From the NCBI GenBank assembly GCA_965649765.1, contig OZ287748.1:96038001-96102000 (forward strand): a stretch of 64,000 nucleotides of DNA, given 5' to 3'. Below are positions 51,439-64,000 of this stretch, piece by piece. This DNA is from Bispira polyomma. Taxonomy: Eukaryota. The position numbers and the translations under genes were made by a program. Positions within the stretch are counted from its first letter, which is position 1; every line of letters begins with the position of its first letter. The notes under the pieces were generated by a model. That model made no database searches and was not told where the DNA came from. It worked only from the letters and a program-made list of their open reading frames with translations.

Positions 51439-53771
51439 AGTGGGGGTTCCACATTCAGGATTTGGTCCCTGACCTTCCCGACTTTGAGGTCCGGGACACG
51501 TAGAGGAAGGTCGGGGAGCAAAAAAGGAGTGGTCGGGAAGGTCGGGAAGAATATCAAAAAAGTTAGAATTTTAAAAGTGGTCCCGACTTTTGGTCCCGGA
51601 CCTCAAAATTGGGACCATCAATACATTCGATCCTATTGCCAATACGTTCTGTCGGATAGGTCGGGGCGCACTGCTGGCCTGTCCTATTGGCGGCCCGTTC
51701 TATCCTATTGGGATCTGCCCCTTTTTCAATACGACAGGCCGGGCCGCCAATTCGATCAAACTTATTTGACTCCTGACTTGACGCATTACTCCCCGATCGA
51801 ACTTTTTGTCACCCCAGCAGAACTTGATGTAAGCAGGTTTTTTACCCCGATCGAACTTAACACAGCAGGACAGAACGTATTGGCTATCAGATCTGCCGGG
51901 AGAGGTAAAAGATCGAACGGGGGATAAGACAGAACTTATCAGCATTAGGTTCTGACGTATTCAGTACCGACCAATAGGATCGAACGGGGTTGTTTGAGTA
52001 TAAAAACATCCCATCAGTACGGGACTCGTTGTATTTGGAGATGGCTGACTGGCATGAAGTTGTGTTTTTTGTAGAGAGGGATTTTTATTGTTTTTAATTA
52101 GTTATATGTTTTGAGTTTAGGGCAAGTTTTATAGTTAGTTTTTTTTTATACACACAACATTAATATCAGCATTATGCCTCGATTGAGGAGAGTGAATAGG
52201 AAGATTGTGGAATAGGAGAGAGAGAAGGAGTTTGAATGTCATCAGATGAGATAGAGAGGAAGAGGAGAGATGACAGAGAGTCCTACAGTGAGTGCTGAGA
52301 GTGAGAGAGAGGATGCTTCACAAGTATTGCCTGGATCTTCACAGTACAGAGGACGCGTAAAGAAGGCCGGCAAGATGGTCCATGTCATTCTGACAGAGGA
52401 GGACGAGGAAGCAGTAGTGGATTTTGTCAGAGACAACGAGGTGCTTTTCAACAAGCGCCACAAACAGTTCAAGGACAGGACACTGAAGGAGAAGTTGTGG
52501 TCTGATTTCGCAGCTACCCGTGGTTTGAAAACCAACGAGGTTAGGACTTGGTTTGAGTCGCAGAGGACCCGCTTCAGCAAGTTGAAGGTTAAGAAGTTTG
52601 GACAGGCTGCACCCGATTTTACAGAGCGAGAGACATGGCTTATCTCGCACTTCTCTTTTCTTGGATTTCACATCGTCAGGCATGTCAGTCATCAGGCTTC
52701 AAGCCCAGTGCTACGTCTACCCAGGGAGTGTCCCCACCCCGCCAGGGAAGCCACGATGTGTCCAGATGTTCCAGCATCGGAGGAGAGGGCAACAGCGTCA
52801 CAGAGACCAGTCTCAGGAGCCTCCAGAGAAGTTCCCCGTCTCAGACGCCAACCAGATGCTTGGAGAGCACCTCACACAGATCAGGACACTGATGAGCAGC
52901 TTGCTTGGAGAGCAGAGAAGTCCCCAGAAGCCTGTGACCAACCGCAGCACGTTTTTCGCTTACCTAGCAGCCGAGGCAGAGAAGTTAGATGAGGGCGAGT
53001 TTCAGAGCTTCAGAGACAGCACCTTTTCCTGCCTCAGCCAGATCCAGCAAGGTAGAAGTCAACCCGTGAGGAGTGCCTTCGCCAGATCTGCCCCGACATC
53101 TACCCTGTCTCGAGTGCCTGGATCGAGCTACGTGGAAGTCTAATCTTCTCCGGGGGAGCTCAAGGGGTGCGTGGTGGTCTTGGGTTTAAATCCTCCTGAG
53201 CCTGAGCCTGAGCCTTGTCTTTGTCATGTTGTAATATAAGCATGAGGATACATATTTCAATATTAAAAAAAAACTAAAAATATCCCTAGTCTCCTCAAAA
53301 AATCTTCATCACTTCTTCCTTGCATTTTACTCACTTACTCAATTATTAATGACCTGATTACTTAAAAATTCCTGAGTTTTAGGGCTCAAAAATAGGTACT
53401 TATAGGGTCTAGAAGCACTCCCGACTTTAATTTTTAGAAAGTTTGATCCTATTGGTCGGGATGACCAATATGTCAGATCCTATGGTCAATACGTTCGATC
53501 CTAAGCCAATACGTTTGATCCTATCGTCAATAAGTTTGATCCTATCTAGGTCGCGAAGGTCGGGGTCAATGAAGTTCGAAGTCGTACGACCTTTACGTAT
53601 GATCGGGGTCGCGGGCCCGTCAAAATGGCGCCAATCAGTTCGATCGGGAAGGTCGGGGCACATTTTCATTTTCCCGCCAAAAAATGGATTTTATCGATGT
53701 TTTGGTCCCAACCTCCCCGACTTTAAAGTTGGGGTCTTTTTGCCAATCGAACTTGAGTGTGGACCCGCCCT
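51439..53771 (+). mobile_element. Non-autonomous PIF/Harbinger transposon, 2333 bp
   Basis: TAA TSD at 51436-51438 and 53772-53774. Imperfect TIRs agtgggggttccacattcagg / cttgagtgtggacccgccct. Dense subterminal cccgac/gtcggg and gatcctat repeats. It carries a MADF gene and no transposase. Confidence 0.85.
52270..53143 (+). CDS. MADF/Myb-SANT-like DNA-binding protein of the Harbinger element, probably frameshifted in its C-terminal half
   Basis: EEAVVDFVRDNEVLFNKRHKQFKDRTLKEKLW...VRTWFESQRTRFSKL is a MADF signature. The likely natural C-terminus (RSTFFAYLAAEAEKLDEGEFQSFR) lies in the overlapping frame 52598..53143. Confidence 0.8.
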
Positions 53772-56757
53772 TAATGGGGATACATAGGTAGAAGTATTCC
53801 TTAACAGATAGTTAAGCCGAATCATTGTTGCTGTTTTCTGTTTTTATTTCAATAAAATCTGTTGTTAATTGCAAATATTAAGAAAATTTAATAGATGTTT
53901 CAGTTTCTAAATCAGCACAGTAGAAATGTCTTAAAAACATCCAGGATATTAAGTTTATAAAACATTTTAAAGTAGTGTTCAGAAAACATTTTAGAAGCAA
54001 AATTACAAGCAATTTTTTTAATTTGTAAAGATTTTTGTCTCTAAGAATACAGTTTGGAATGGTCGCCGAAAGTTAATTTCATTGCTCAAGTGACTATCTT
54101 TAAATATTCATGTTTTAAGTACCTCAGTGTGTGCCAAGGAAAGTAGCTATTTAATTTATCGTCTCGCAAAAATCGAAATTTCAATTATTACTTTTGAGTT
54201 ATTGTCAAAACATCACGGCTTTAACAAACTATCACTACATCAACTATATTGAGATTTTTACTTTATTTTTTATACTCTTCTCACCAATTTCATTTAACCT
54301 TCTTTCATTATCGCTCACATACCTCGTTTCGTGCATCCGCTTTTCTGTGAATTTTGCATGCCTATTTCTGCTGTATAACTTTCTCACACATATCATAGGT
54401 TCTTTAACTTTTTTACTAACGTTAAACATTCTGCCAACAATTTTATACCTTTTTTACTTACACTCCTCTGTTTTAATGCCCTTGTTAGTAGTCGCCTTGA
54501 CTACTGCAACTCCCTTTTGTTTGGAGTAAACAAGTTACAGATTAAAAAGCTGTAGTCCATTTAAAACTATTTATGCAGGGTCATTTTTTGCATAGGCACT
54601 CACACCGATGTAACTCTACACTGGCTTGACTACAGAATGTTGTTCAAAATGCATGTCACCACATTCAAGGCTGTAGTCAATCAAGAGCTCTCCTACCTCA
54701 CTTCCCTTCTCTCTTCCAGTAGCTTGAAGAGAGGTAATATACTTTCTATTTCCTCAGTTAAACCTACTAGGGAGGTTGGATCGAGAGCTTTTCAGTTGCA
54801 GCCTCCTTGTGATGGAACAGTCTCCCAGTTGACCTCAGACCTCAGCAGTGCAATTTAATGATAGTATAGTTACACCTTATGTAAAGTCACATTGGATTCA
54901 ACATAAAAAGAACCTCTAATTTGTTGGGTTATCCATGAGTGAACAGTGTCCTTATGGTTGTAACAGTTCCTAATATCATTGGCCTTTTACCTCTGTAATT
55001 TTTATGTTTTTGTTTGACCACAGGAGACAAATGTGCTACTCAAAACAACACCATCCATTCGAAATTGACAATATTACATGTAGTAAAATGGGTCGGTCAG
55101 GATACATGTTTACATTACAATGGCGTATGAAACAACAATGTTTTTAAAGGAAAATTCATTACATAGTAGATTATTATCCGGCATAATTTTACAATGCCTG
55201 TTCTTGTTATCAATGAAAGGCATGCTGTCAGATTGTTGTCATTGCTATTTAAATGGCAAAATGTAAATTAAATTAAGTAGAATATACTTACACAATATCA
55301 CTTCCAGGTGGAAGAGAAATTATAGATGCACACCAGTGTAACACATTATGAATACTCTAAATTAAACAACATCAAATGTTATACTTCCAGACTGACTAGC
55401 TGAGACCTATGGGATTGGTTGTAAAAAGTTGTTCAAACCCAAACCAGTGCAAAGATTCTGAATGTGAAAAGAACTTGGAAACAATGAAGTGCAGCAATGG
55501 GTGTGAAGCAGGATATCAAGAGTTAGATTGTTCAGAGAGTAAGTGAAACCTTCACATATGCATGGTTTTTCATATGCCAATATTCCAAGGACAATTTTTT
55601 AAGAAATTACTTATTAATGTAAGCTAGATATAAAACTGAGTTTGAACTAAAACATGCAACATAAACTCAAAGCTTATTTGGTCTTTATTGTCAGCTCTTT
55701 CATATGTGATGTATCTATATTTGATGAGTTCAAATTTCGTCAAAAAGTGACTAAAAGTTTTGGGGATTGTAGGAATAGAATGCAGATATTCAGTGTACTG
55801 ATAGATATTACATAGACAGAGTTTCCATTTGATGTCAAAATGTTGACTTTTAAGTGTTGGACTTAGAATGTGGACTTAAAGGGTAGATTTTTATATCTGA
55901 TATAACAACACATATGGCTTTGATATTGTATGAGTTCGAATTTTATGAAACCATTTTGTATTTAAGGTTGACTGGTTATTACAATGTAGTTTTTCAGTTT
56001 GTCCGACATTGTTACATTTGTAGTTATAGCTATATATGTCGTTGGAAATTATGGAGACATTGGCCTTGCCAATTGATAGGGAAATTAAGTTAGAAGTTTA
56101 AGATCCTACCATATCGGTCCATATCTATACATATCTATGAGTTAAGTTTCCTTATCTCTTCACCGGGGGCATCTGCAATATGAAACAAAACTTTTCTAGT
56201 CTTGTATTTTCTTTATAATTTAACCTGCATATAAAGGGCAATGGACAACATACGGTCTTCCAAAACAGGTTCTTCTGGACAAGTAGGCAAATGTGATTAC
56301 ATAGGTCTATTTAAACTTTAAGATGCAGTTTCTATTCATTTGAAAGCTTTTAGTTACATTACACTTTTTAAAAATTTTGAATCAAGTTTCTATTTATGTT
56401 GACCTGTACATAAATCTCAATTGACTACACTAGGTCTTCTAAAGGGTTATTCAGACAAATGTGATCATGAAACCCTGATGTTTGATTTTTTAATAGGTCT
56501 GAAGTTCTTCACCACATAACCATAAATGTTTGCACATTATGTTGCAGAATGTGATGGCCAAAGCTATGGAATACGTTGTCTACCATGTTCTGAAAAATGT
56601 ACAGATGTAAAGTGTGAGAAGATTTTAGAAACACTGAAATGTACAGATGGGTAAAAATGGGGGAACTGGAGAAGATTGTTCACTGATGAGCCACAATTCA
56701 CAAGTGGTCGCTTGTACAAGTTTGATTGTGTACAATTTAACATTAATTTCCATGTAT

Positions 56758-59700
56758 TTGTTCCTTGGTTATCATCTATAAATCAGTAACTCTGCATAGA
56801 CAGCACTATATACTTATAAAATTGTAAACACTAAATTTCAGGAGATTGTGATAAAAACAATTGTTCACTGGGTGAGATAAATATAATATATACTAATGAC
56901 CAGAAAATACCTGGAAAAGGTGTGTGGATGCTGGTCTCCTAATAAATATTTAAAAATTGCAAACTCAATATGCACCCATACCGCAGAGATTTAGGCATCA
57001 TCAGCACATGCGCAGCGGGTGTGACGTCACTATGGGTTGTTATTGACATGGGTGTACGCTATGTTGTCTTATGTGGTTCAACATTTTGGCGCATTGGTGT
57101 GTGACTTTTATGGACAAGATTGTTTGCGTGGTGAAAATTTCCATTGGGAGAACATGTATATGTTTCAGAGGAAATGTGTAGATATACACTCAGGTAAGCA
57201 GATAACTTCAGAAGTAATATTAAAAGCTCTGGCTAAGGCCTAATTTTTTTTATGGATATTTGTGCTGATATTTGTTTGTTATTCAGATTTGAATGCAACG
57301 TTATTACCAGTCTATTTGCAGGAGTATTGTGGGCAGTGGTTGAATTTTAATTTATTTGATTTTCAACAGGGAGGTTATGTTAGAGGTGAAGATATTTAAT
57401 GGGAGAATTTACAGTAGTTTATTGAAGGTTTGGTCCCACTAAACCTCTTCCCAAAGGCTCCTATTTTCGGCAGCCCTGACATCTAAAAATATGTTTGTGG
57501 TTTAGCATTTCCTTAAAAAATGAACCAGCCACTTTATACGTTGCACAAATCGACAAGAAGGAATATTAAGAGAACAAAGTCATTCTAGTGACTATAGATC
57601 AGCAGTGGGATGCCCACCTGATGGATTTGACAAAAATTGCCCAATATAATGATGGTTACAATTATGTTCTGTTAGCTAACATGTTCGGTGGCATGGATCA
57701 AGCTAATAACATTATGGAAGCTAACAATCCAGTAACACAAAAAAGGTTAGGGTCCAGAATTAAAGATTTTATAAAAAACACTTGGCAAAATAAGAAAGGT
57801 TTAATAATGGAGTCAGGAATCAGAGAAAGATTTGGTCAAAACCGAGAACTATTTTGTTGAACTTAAAGGTAATGTTGGTTTCTTGGAAGGAGTATTGTTT
57901 CAGTGACCAAAAATGGAAGGGGAAAGCACTAGGGTTAAATTGCAGAATTCCCCTGGAGGGTCGCCATTTTGAACTGAAGAAGTAGTTTGGTCATAAATAG
58001 GGAAAATAGTTCCACATATAGTGACAAATAGTTCGTATTTTATATATATAATGTAATAGATAGGTTGACATGTACAAAGGTAGACAGGTCGACAGGTAGA
58101 CAGTTGTTATGTTATCCATAATAGATTTATTTACATGTAGAAAGGTAGACAAGTCTAAAGTTCAATGATATAAGGTATTATTAATTGGTTTTTAATGAAT
58201 GTAGGTACACAGGTAAACAGGTCGACAGGTAGACAGTTGTTCTTATGTTATCCATAATAAATTATTTTACATGTATAAAGGTACACAGGTCGACAGGTCG
58301 ACAGTTCAATGATATAATATATCATTAATTGGGGTTCAATCAATGTAGGTCTACAGGTAGACAGGTCGACAGGTCGACAGTTGTTCCTAAAATTAATAAA
58401 ATGTTATCCTAACAGATACAAACTGTTACAGGTACAAAGGTAGAAAGATCAACAGGTCGACAGTTCAATGATATAGGATATGATTATTTAAAGTATGTAG
58501 CTAGATAGACAGCTCGAGAGGTAGACAGTTAAATTATATAGCATATCATTAAAAACACACATACACAGTCACATGGTTGTGATGTCAAATATATAATATT
58601 ATCTATTCAGATAGACAGCCTGTCAGGTCGACAGGTAGACAGTTGTAATGCAGTCCATAAAATGCTATGGCAGTGGTATACAGTTGTGATGAGATCTATA
58701 TCATATCAAATTGTCAGGTAGACAGTTACAAAGTTGTGATATCAGCCAGTCCAAAGATAACTTAAAAAAAATAAACAAATATAATTGTTATAAATAATTA
58801 TCAATACATACGAATATCATATTTTCATTAAAATTAATAAAAATTTGTATACATTAATATTATCATAACAATTAATTTCATTCCTTTGGCTTATCATACT
58901 TCTTCCTTGGTCATAATATTTCCTTTTATTCATCTCACATCGTTTTGGTATAATTCAATACTTCATCCACATAAGTTCTCCAGTAAAAAGTTCATTAAAA
59001 AAAAAAAAAAAAATAAAAAAATAAAATTGTTACACATGAATATTAAAATATATGACTGTGACATTTCAATTTCAATTAATGATAATTCACATAAATTAAT
59101 AAATCAATAACAATTAATTTATGTAACTTATAATTAAAAACAATTATAAAAAAAAACACTTATTAATAACTTTATTTCCTATATATATATATATATACAT
59201 ATATACATATTTTGATACATAACACAAATACAAAAAATAAATCTAACAGTACAAGGCTAAGAATACAAGGTTGACATTACAAGGGTTACATATATTACAA
59301 TTATAACAATAAAAGGATAACAACACAAATCTACCAATACAAGGCCACAAATATAAAAATCTCAAATTATATCTCAAATTATATACAATTATTATAATGC
59401 TATTATTATTATTACAAATTATAACGCTAACAATACATTGGTAAAAAAACCCCATTTAATTGGTGAATTTTTACTGTTCTTATGTGATTTTGTGTAGAGC
59501 TTTTAAGCACTTTTAGTAACATCTAGATCTTGTGCAAGGTCCTTCTATGAGGCCATTATGAGTTTTTGTCTATATCCCTCCATGACTTGAAGACACTGCC
59601 AGTTATAAAAAAACTAGTGCCGATGCCTTTGGAACAGAACTGTGTAAAATGTAGTCATACAGTGTTTCATCAACAGTAAAGACTTGTAAGCAAGTCTAAA

Positions 59701-62700
59701 TGACATGATAATATAAGGCAATCTTGTGAAGCTTTTAAGCACCTTTTAAGTGACCTTTCAATATTGAGCAATCTTGTAAAATATATCTCAAAACTACTCC
59801 CTGACACACAATATAATGTTTAATAGAATACAAAAACATCACCAATTTTGTTTAGAATTGCCAATCCACTGTTTAATAAAATCAAAATTCATGACCACAT
59901 ACTACCTGTTTAGTGGGGGAAATTTAAAAAGTTAAAAAAAAGTTCAGCGGGGAATTTCCATGTTTTTTTCCATAATAAGTCATAATTTTGTTTTTTTTAT
60001 GGGAAATATTTTCTGATGTGTAAAAGCACAAATCATACAGAGTCAGATATTCAGAAAGCCTCTATGCTCTGGTATAGCATCAACTCTGTATGAAAGAGTG
60101 ATATTGGCACAATGTTTCCTTGGATCTATTTCACATATCTTTTCTGTGTAAGTGTCCTAGCAGTTGTTTCTGATGAATGATTTGCAAAAACGCTACCCAG
60201 CAATAAAACAGTTGATGTAAGTAGAAGTTACTGTATATTTTATGGTCATGATGCACATCAATGCACATTAATATGGCGGACAAATAAAACAGGAAACAGT
60301 TTGTAGACATAAATTGCAAATTTAAACGTGTGTTCAGTAATATGTCAGCGTAGATAATATCTTCAGAAGCAAACTTAACTGTATACTGTTGAAAATATGT
60401 CACGCTTGAATGACCATAATAAATACTTAATATACGAAATGCATTGCTCTTGTAAATTATAACAGGTATATATTGCTGCAAAATATTTTTTCATGAATTT
60501 TAAGGTTTTGACAATTCAAAGCTGCAATAATTTTGCAGAGTTACTTTATTTATAGGATAGGAGTTGAACAATTGAAGAATTTGATGAGCCCTAACTGTTT
60601 ATCCAAGGTTACAACTCAACCAAGTGGTCACATCATGGAAGTGCAATCAGCTGAAACTGTCTCTAGATATCTTCAGAATATTGCTAAGGACACTCAAAGT
60701 CTGACTATATACATAACAAAAGAGAGCAGGAGTACAGGAGCTATAGATTTATCAGGCATACAAGAGTTGAAAAACTTAACGAGGTTGTGTTTGACCATTC
60801 CATCTGACAAGGATGACCCAGATATGTTCTTATCTAGCATAAAATACAATAAGAATATATCTGTAGCTTCACTACCCCTAAGAGAGTTGTTTATTGAAAT
60901 ACCTCTAAACTTATATCGTCATTATATGGACGATCTGCCCAACCTACTGGGTCATTCATCTCATATCAAAATACTAAAGCTTCAGAGGCTTCAATTTGCA
61001 AGCGACATCTCTCACATGCTTAAAAGCTTCACAAGATTGCCTTATATTATCATGTCATTTAGACTTGCTTACAAGTCTTTACTGTTGATGAAACACTGTA
61101 TGACTACATTTTACACAGTTCTGTTCCAAAGGCATCGGCACTAGTTTTTTTATAACTGGCAGTGTCTTCAAGTCATGGAGGGATATAGACAAAAACTCAT
61201 AATGGCCTCATAGAAGGACCTTGCACAAGATCTAGATGTTACTAAAAGTGCTTAAAAGCTCTACACAAAATCACATAAGAACAGTAAAAATTCACCAATT
61301 AAATGGGGTTTTTTTACCAATGTATTGTTAGCGTTATAATTTGTAATAATAATAATAGCATTATAATAATTGTATATAATTTGAGATATAATTTGAGATT
61401 TTTATATTTGTGGCCTTGTATTGGTAGATTTGTGTTGTTATCCTTTTATTGTTATAATTGTAATATATGTAACCCTTGTAATGTCAACCTTGTATTCTTA
61501 GCCTTGTACTGTTAGATTTATTTTTTGTATTTGTGTTATGTATCAAAATATGTATATATGTATATATATATATATATAGGAAATAAAGTTATTAATAAGT
61601 GTTTTTTTTTATAATTGTTTTTAATTATAAGTTACATAAATTAATTGTTATTGATTTATTAATTTATGTGAATTGTCATTAATTGAAATTGAAATGTCAC
61701 ATTCATATATTTTAATATTCATGTGTAACAATTTTATTTTTTTATTTTTTTTTTTTTTTTTAATGAACTTTTTACTGGAGAACTTATGTGGATGAAGTAT
61801 TGAATTATACCAAAACGATGTGAGATGAATAAAAGGAAATATTATGACCAAGGAAGAAGTATGATAAGCCAAAGGAATGAAATTAATTGTTATGATAATA
61901 TTAATGTATACAAATTTTTATTAATTTTAATGAAAATATGATATTCGTATGTATTGATAATTATTTATAACAATTATATTTGTTTATTTTTTTTAAGTTA
62001 TCTTTGGACTGGCTGATATCACAACTTTGTAACTGTCTACCTGACAATTTGATATGATATAGATCTCATCACAACTGTATACCACTGCCATAGCATTTTA
62101 TGGACTGCATTACAACTGTCTACCTGTCGACCTGACAGGCTGTCTATCTGAATAGATAATATTATATATTTGACATCACAACCATGTGACTGTGTATGTG
62201 TGTTTTTAATGATATGCTATATAATTTAACTGTCTACCTCTCGAGCTGTCTATCTAGCTACATACTTTAAATAATCATATCCTATATCATTGAACTGTCG
62301 ACCTGTTGATCTTTCTACCTTTGTACCTGTAACAGTTTGTATCTGTTAGGATAACATTTTATTAATTTTAGGAACAACTGTCGACCTGTCGACCTGTCTA
62401 CCTGTAGACCTACATTGATTGAACCCCAATTAATGATATATTATATCATTGAACTGTCGACCTGTCGACCTGTGTACCTTTATACATGTAAAATAATTTA
62501 TTATGGATAACATAAGAACAACTGTCTACCTGTCGACCTGTTTACCTGTGTACCTACATTCATTAAAAACCAATTAATAATACCTTATATCATTGAACTT
62601 TAGACTTGTCTACCTTTCTACATGTAAATAAATCTATTATGGATAACATAACAACTGTCTACCTGTCGACCTGTCTACCTTTGTACATGTCAACCTATCT

Positions 62701-64000
62701 ATTACATTATATATATAAAATACGAACTATTTTTCACTATATGTGGAACTATTTTCCCTATTTATGACCAAACTACTTCTTCAGTTCAAAATGGCGACCC
62801 TCCAGGGGAATTCTGCAATTTAACCCTAGTGCTTTCCCCTTCCATTTTTGGTCACTGAAACAATACTCCTTCCAAGAAACCAACATTACCTTTAAGTTCA
62901 ACAAAATAGTTCTCGGTTTTGACCAAATCTTTCTCTGATTCCTGACTCCATTATTAAACCTTTCTTATTTTGCCAAGTGTTTTTTATAAAATCTTTAATT
63001 CTGGACCCTAACCTTTTTTGTGTTACTGGATTGTTAGCTTCCATAATGTTATTAGCTTGATCCATGCCACCGAACATGTTAGCTAACAGAACATAATTGT
63101 AACCATCATTATATTGGGCAATTTTTGTCAAATCCATCAGGTGGGCATCCCACTGCTGATCTGTAGTCACTAGAATGACTTTGTTCTCTTAATATTCCTT
63201 CTTGTCGATTTGTGCAACGTATAAAGTGGCTGGTCCGTTTTTTAAGGAAATGCTAAACCACAAACATATTTTTAGATGTCAGGGCTGCCGAAAATAGGAG
63301 CCTTTGGGAAGAGGTTTAGTGGGACCAAACCTTCAATAAACTACTGTAAATTCTCCCATTAAATATCTTCACCTCTAACATAACCTCCCTGTTGAAAATC
63401 AAATAAATTAAAATTCAACCACTGCCCACAATACTCCTGCAAATAGACTGGTAATAACGTTGCATTCAAATCTGAATAACAAACAAATATCAGCACAAAT
63501 ATCCATAAAAAAAATTAGGCCTTAGCCAGAGCTTTTAATATTACTTCTGAAGTTATCTGCTTACCTGAGTGTATATCTACACATTTCCTCTGAAACATAT
63601 ACATGTTCTCCCAATGGAAATTTTCACCACGCAAACAATCTTGTCCATAAAAGTCACACACCAATGCGCCAAAATGTTGAACCACATAAGACAACATAGC
63701 GTACACCCATGTCAATAACAACCCATAGTGACGTCACACCTGCTGCGCATGTGCTGATGATGCCTAAATCTCTGCGGTATGGGTGCATATTGAGTTTGCA
63801 ATTTTTAAATATTTATTAGGAGACCAGCATCCACACACCTTTTCCAGGTATTTTCTGGTCATTAGTATATATTATATTTATCTCACCCAGTGAACAATTG
63901 TTTTTATCACAATCTCCTGAAATTTAGTGTTTACAATTTTATAAGTATATAGTGCTGTCTATGCAGAGTTACTGATTTATAGATGATAACCAAGGAACAA
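56758..64000. repeat. Large inverted repeat: arms 56758..59741 and 61017..64000 (at least 2984 bp), spacer 1275 bp
   Basis: Mirror ORF pairs 57037/63515, 57588/62898, 58886/61648 and 59243/61303. End coordinates sum to 120758 at both ends, so there is no net indel. Only a handful of substitutions were seen. Confidence 0.97.
60112..61016 (+). pseudogene. Toll-like receptor copy 3, truncated pseudogene
   Basis: Exon 1 has GGA>TGA at 60178-60180. A deletion of about 312 bp at 60562/60563 removes the splice acceptor. Coding sequence ends at ...FASDISHM, where the inversion begins. Confidence 0.92.

Noticed and set aside
51484-51927. 147-aa ORF (and 53443..53787) as Harbinger transposase pieces
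   Set aside because: They are translations of GC-rich subterminal repeats with non-ATG starts and no DDE motifs.
60533-61144. 203-aa ORF as a functional short secreted LRR protein
   Set aside because: The start is a non-ATG codon in intron sequence, exon 1 has a stop, the acceptor is deleted with no in-frame AG nearby, and the tail comes from the inverted arm.

Overview
AT-rich invertebrate (probably lophotrochozoan) genomic DNA, not prokaryotic. The backbone is a tandemly duplicated Toll-like receptor (TLR) cluster. Copy 1 is intact, join(570..674,1275..3866), 898 aa. Copy 2, join(32854..32958,33595..36198), has one in-frame TAG and no other lesion. Copy 3 (60112..61016) is a truncated pseudogene forming most of the spacer of a fold-back inverted duplication (56758..59741 vs 61017..64000, running off the window). 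The duplicated units supply paralogous empty sites, which fix the exact ends of three tyrosine-recombinase (YR) retrotransposons: 6687..11417, 12752..17992 and 41022..45665. A fourth is a relic at about 49185..51030. Their proteins are Ngaro-like (Gag, RT, RNase H, YR, no methyltransferase), but I see neither Ngaro/PAT split direct repeats nor DIRS long ITRs with an ICR. Instead all three share sense-strand ends 5'-T...ACTG-3', no TSD, a 30-37 nt 5' hairpin followed by a short inverted repeat that pairs with the extreme 3' end (using G-U pairs), and a 3' array of TAAGGTNACCTTA palindromes. This architecture is the best candidate for an undescribed system here. Also present: a near full-length CR1-like LINE with a 2A-like peptide, a MADF-only Harbinger element, Polinton-like fragments, MITEs, and L2, RTEX-like and Gypsy fragments. 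All alignments were done by eye and no database was searched.
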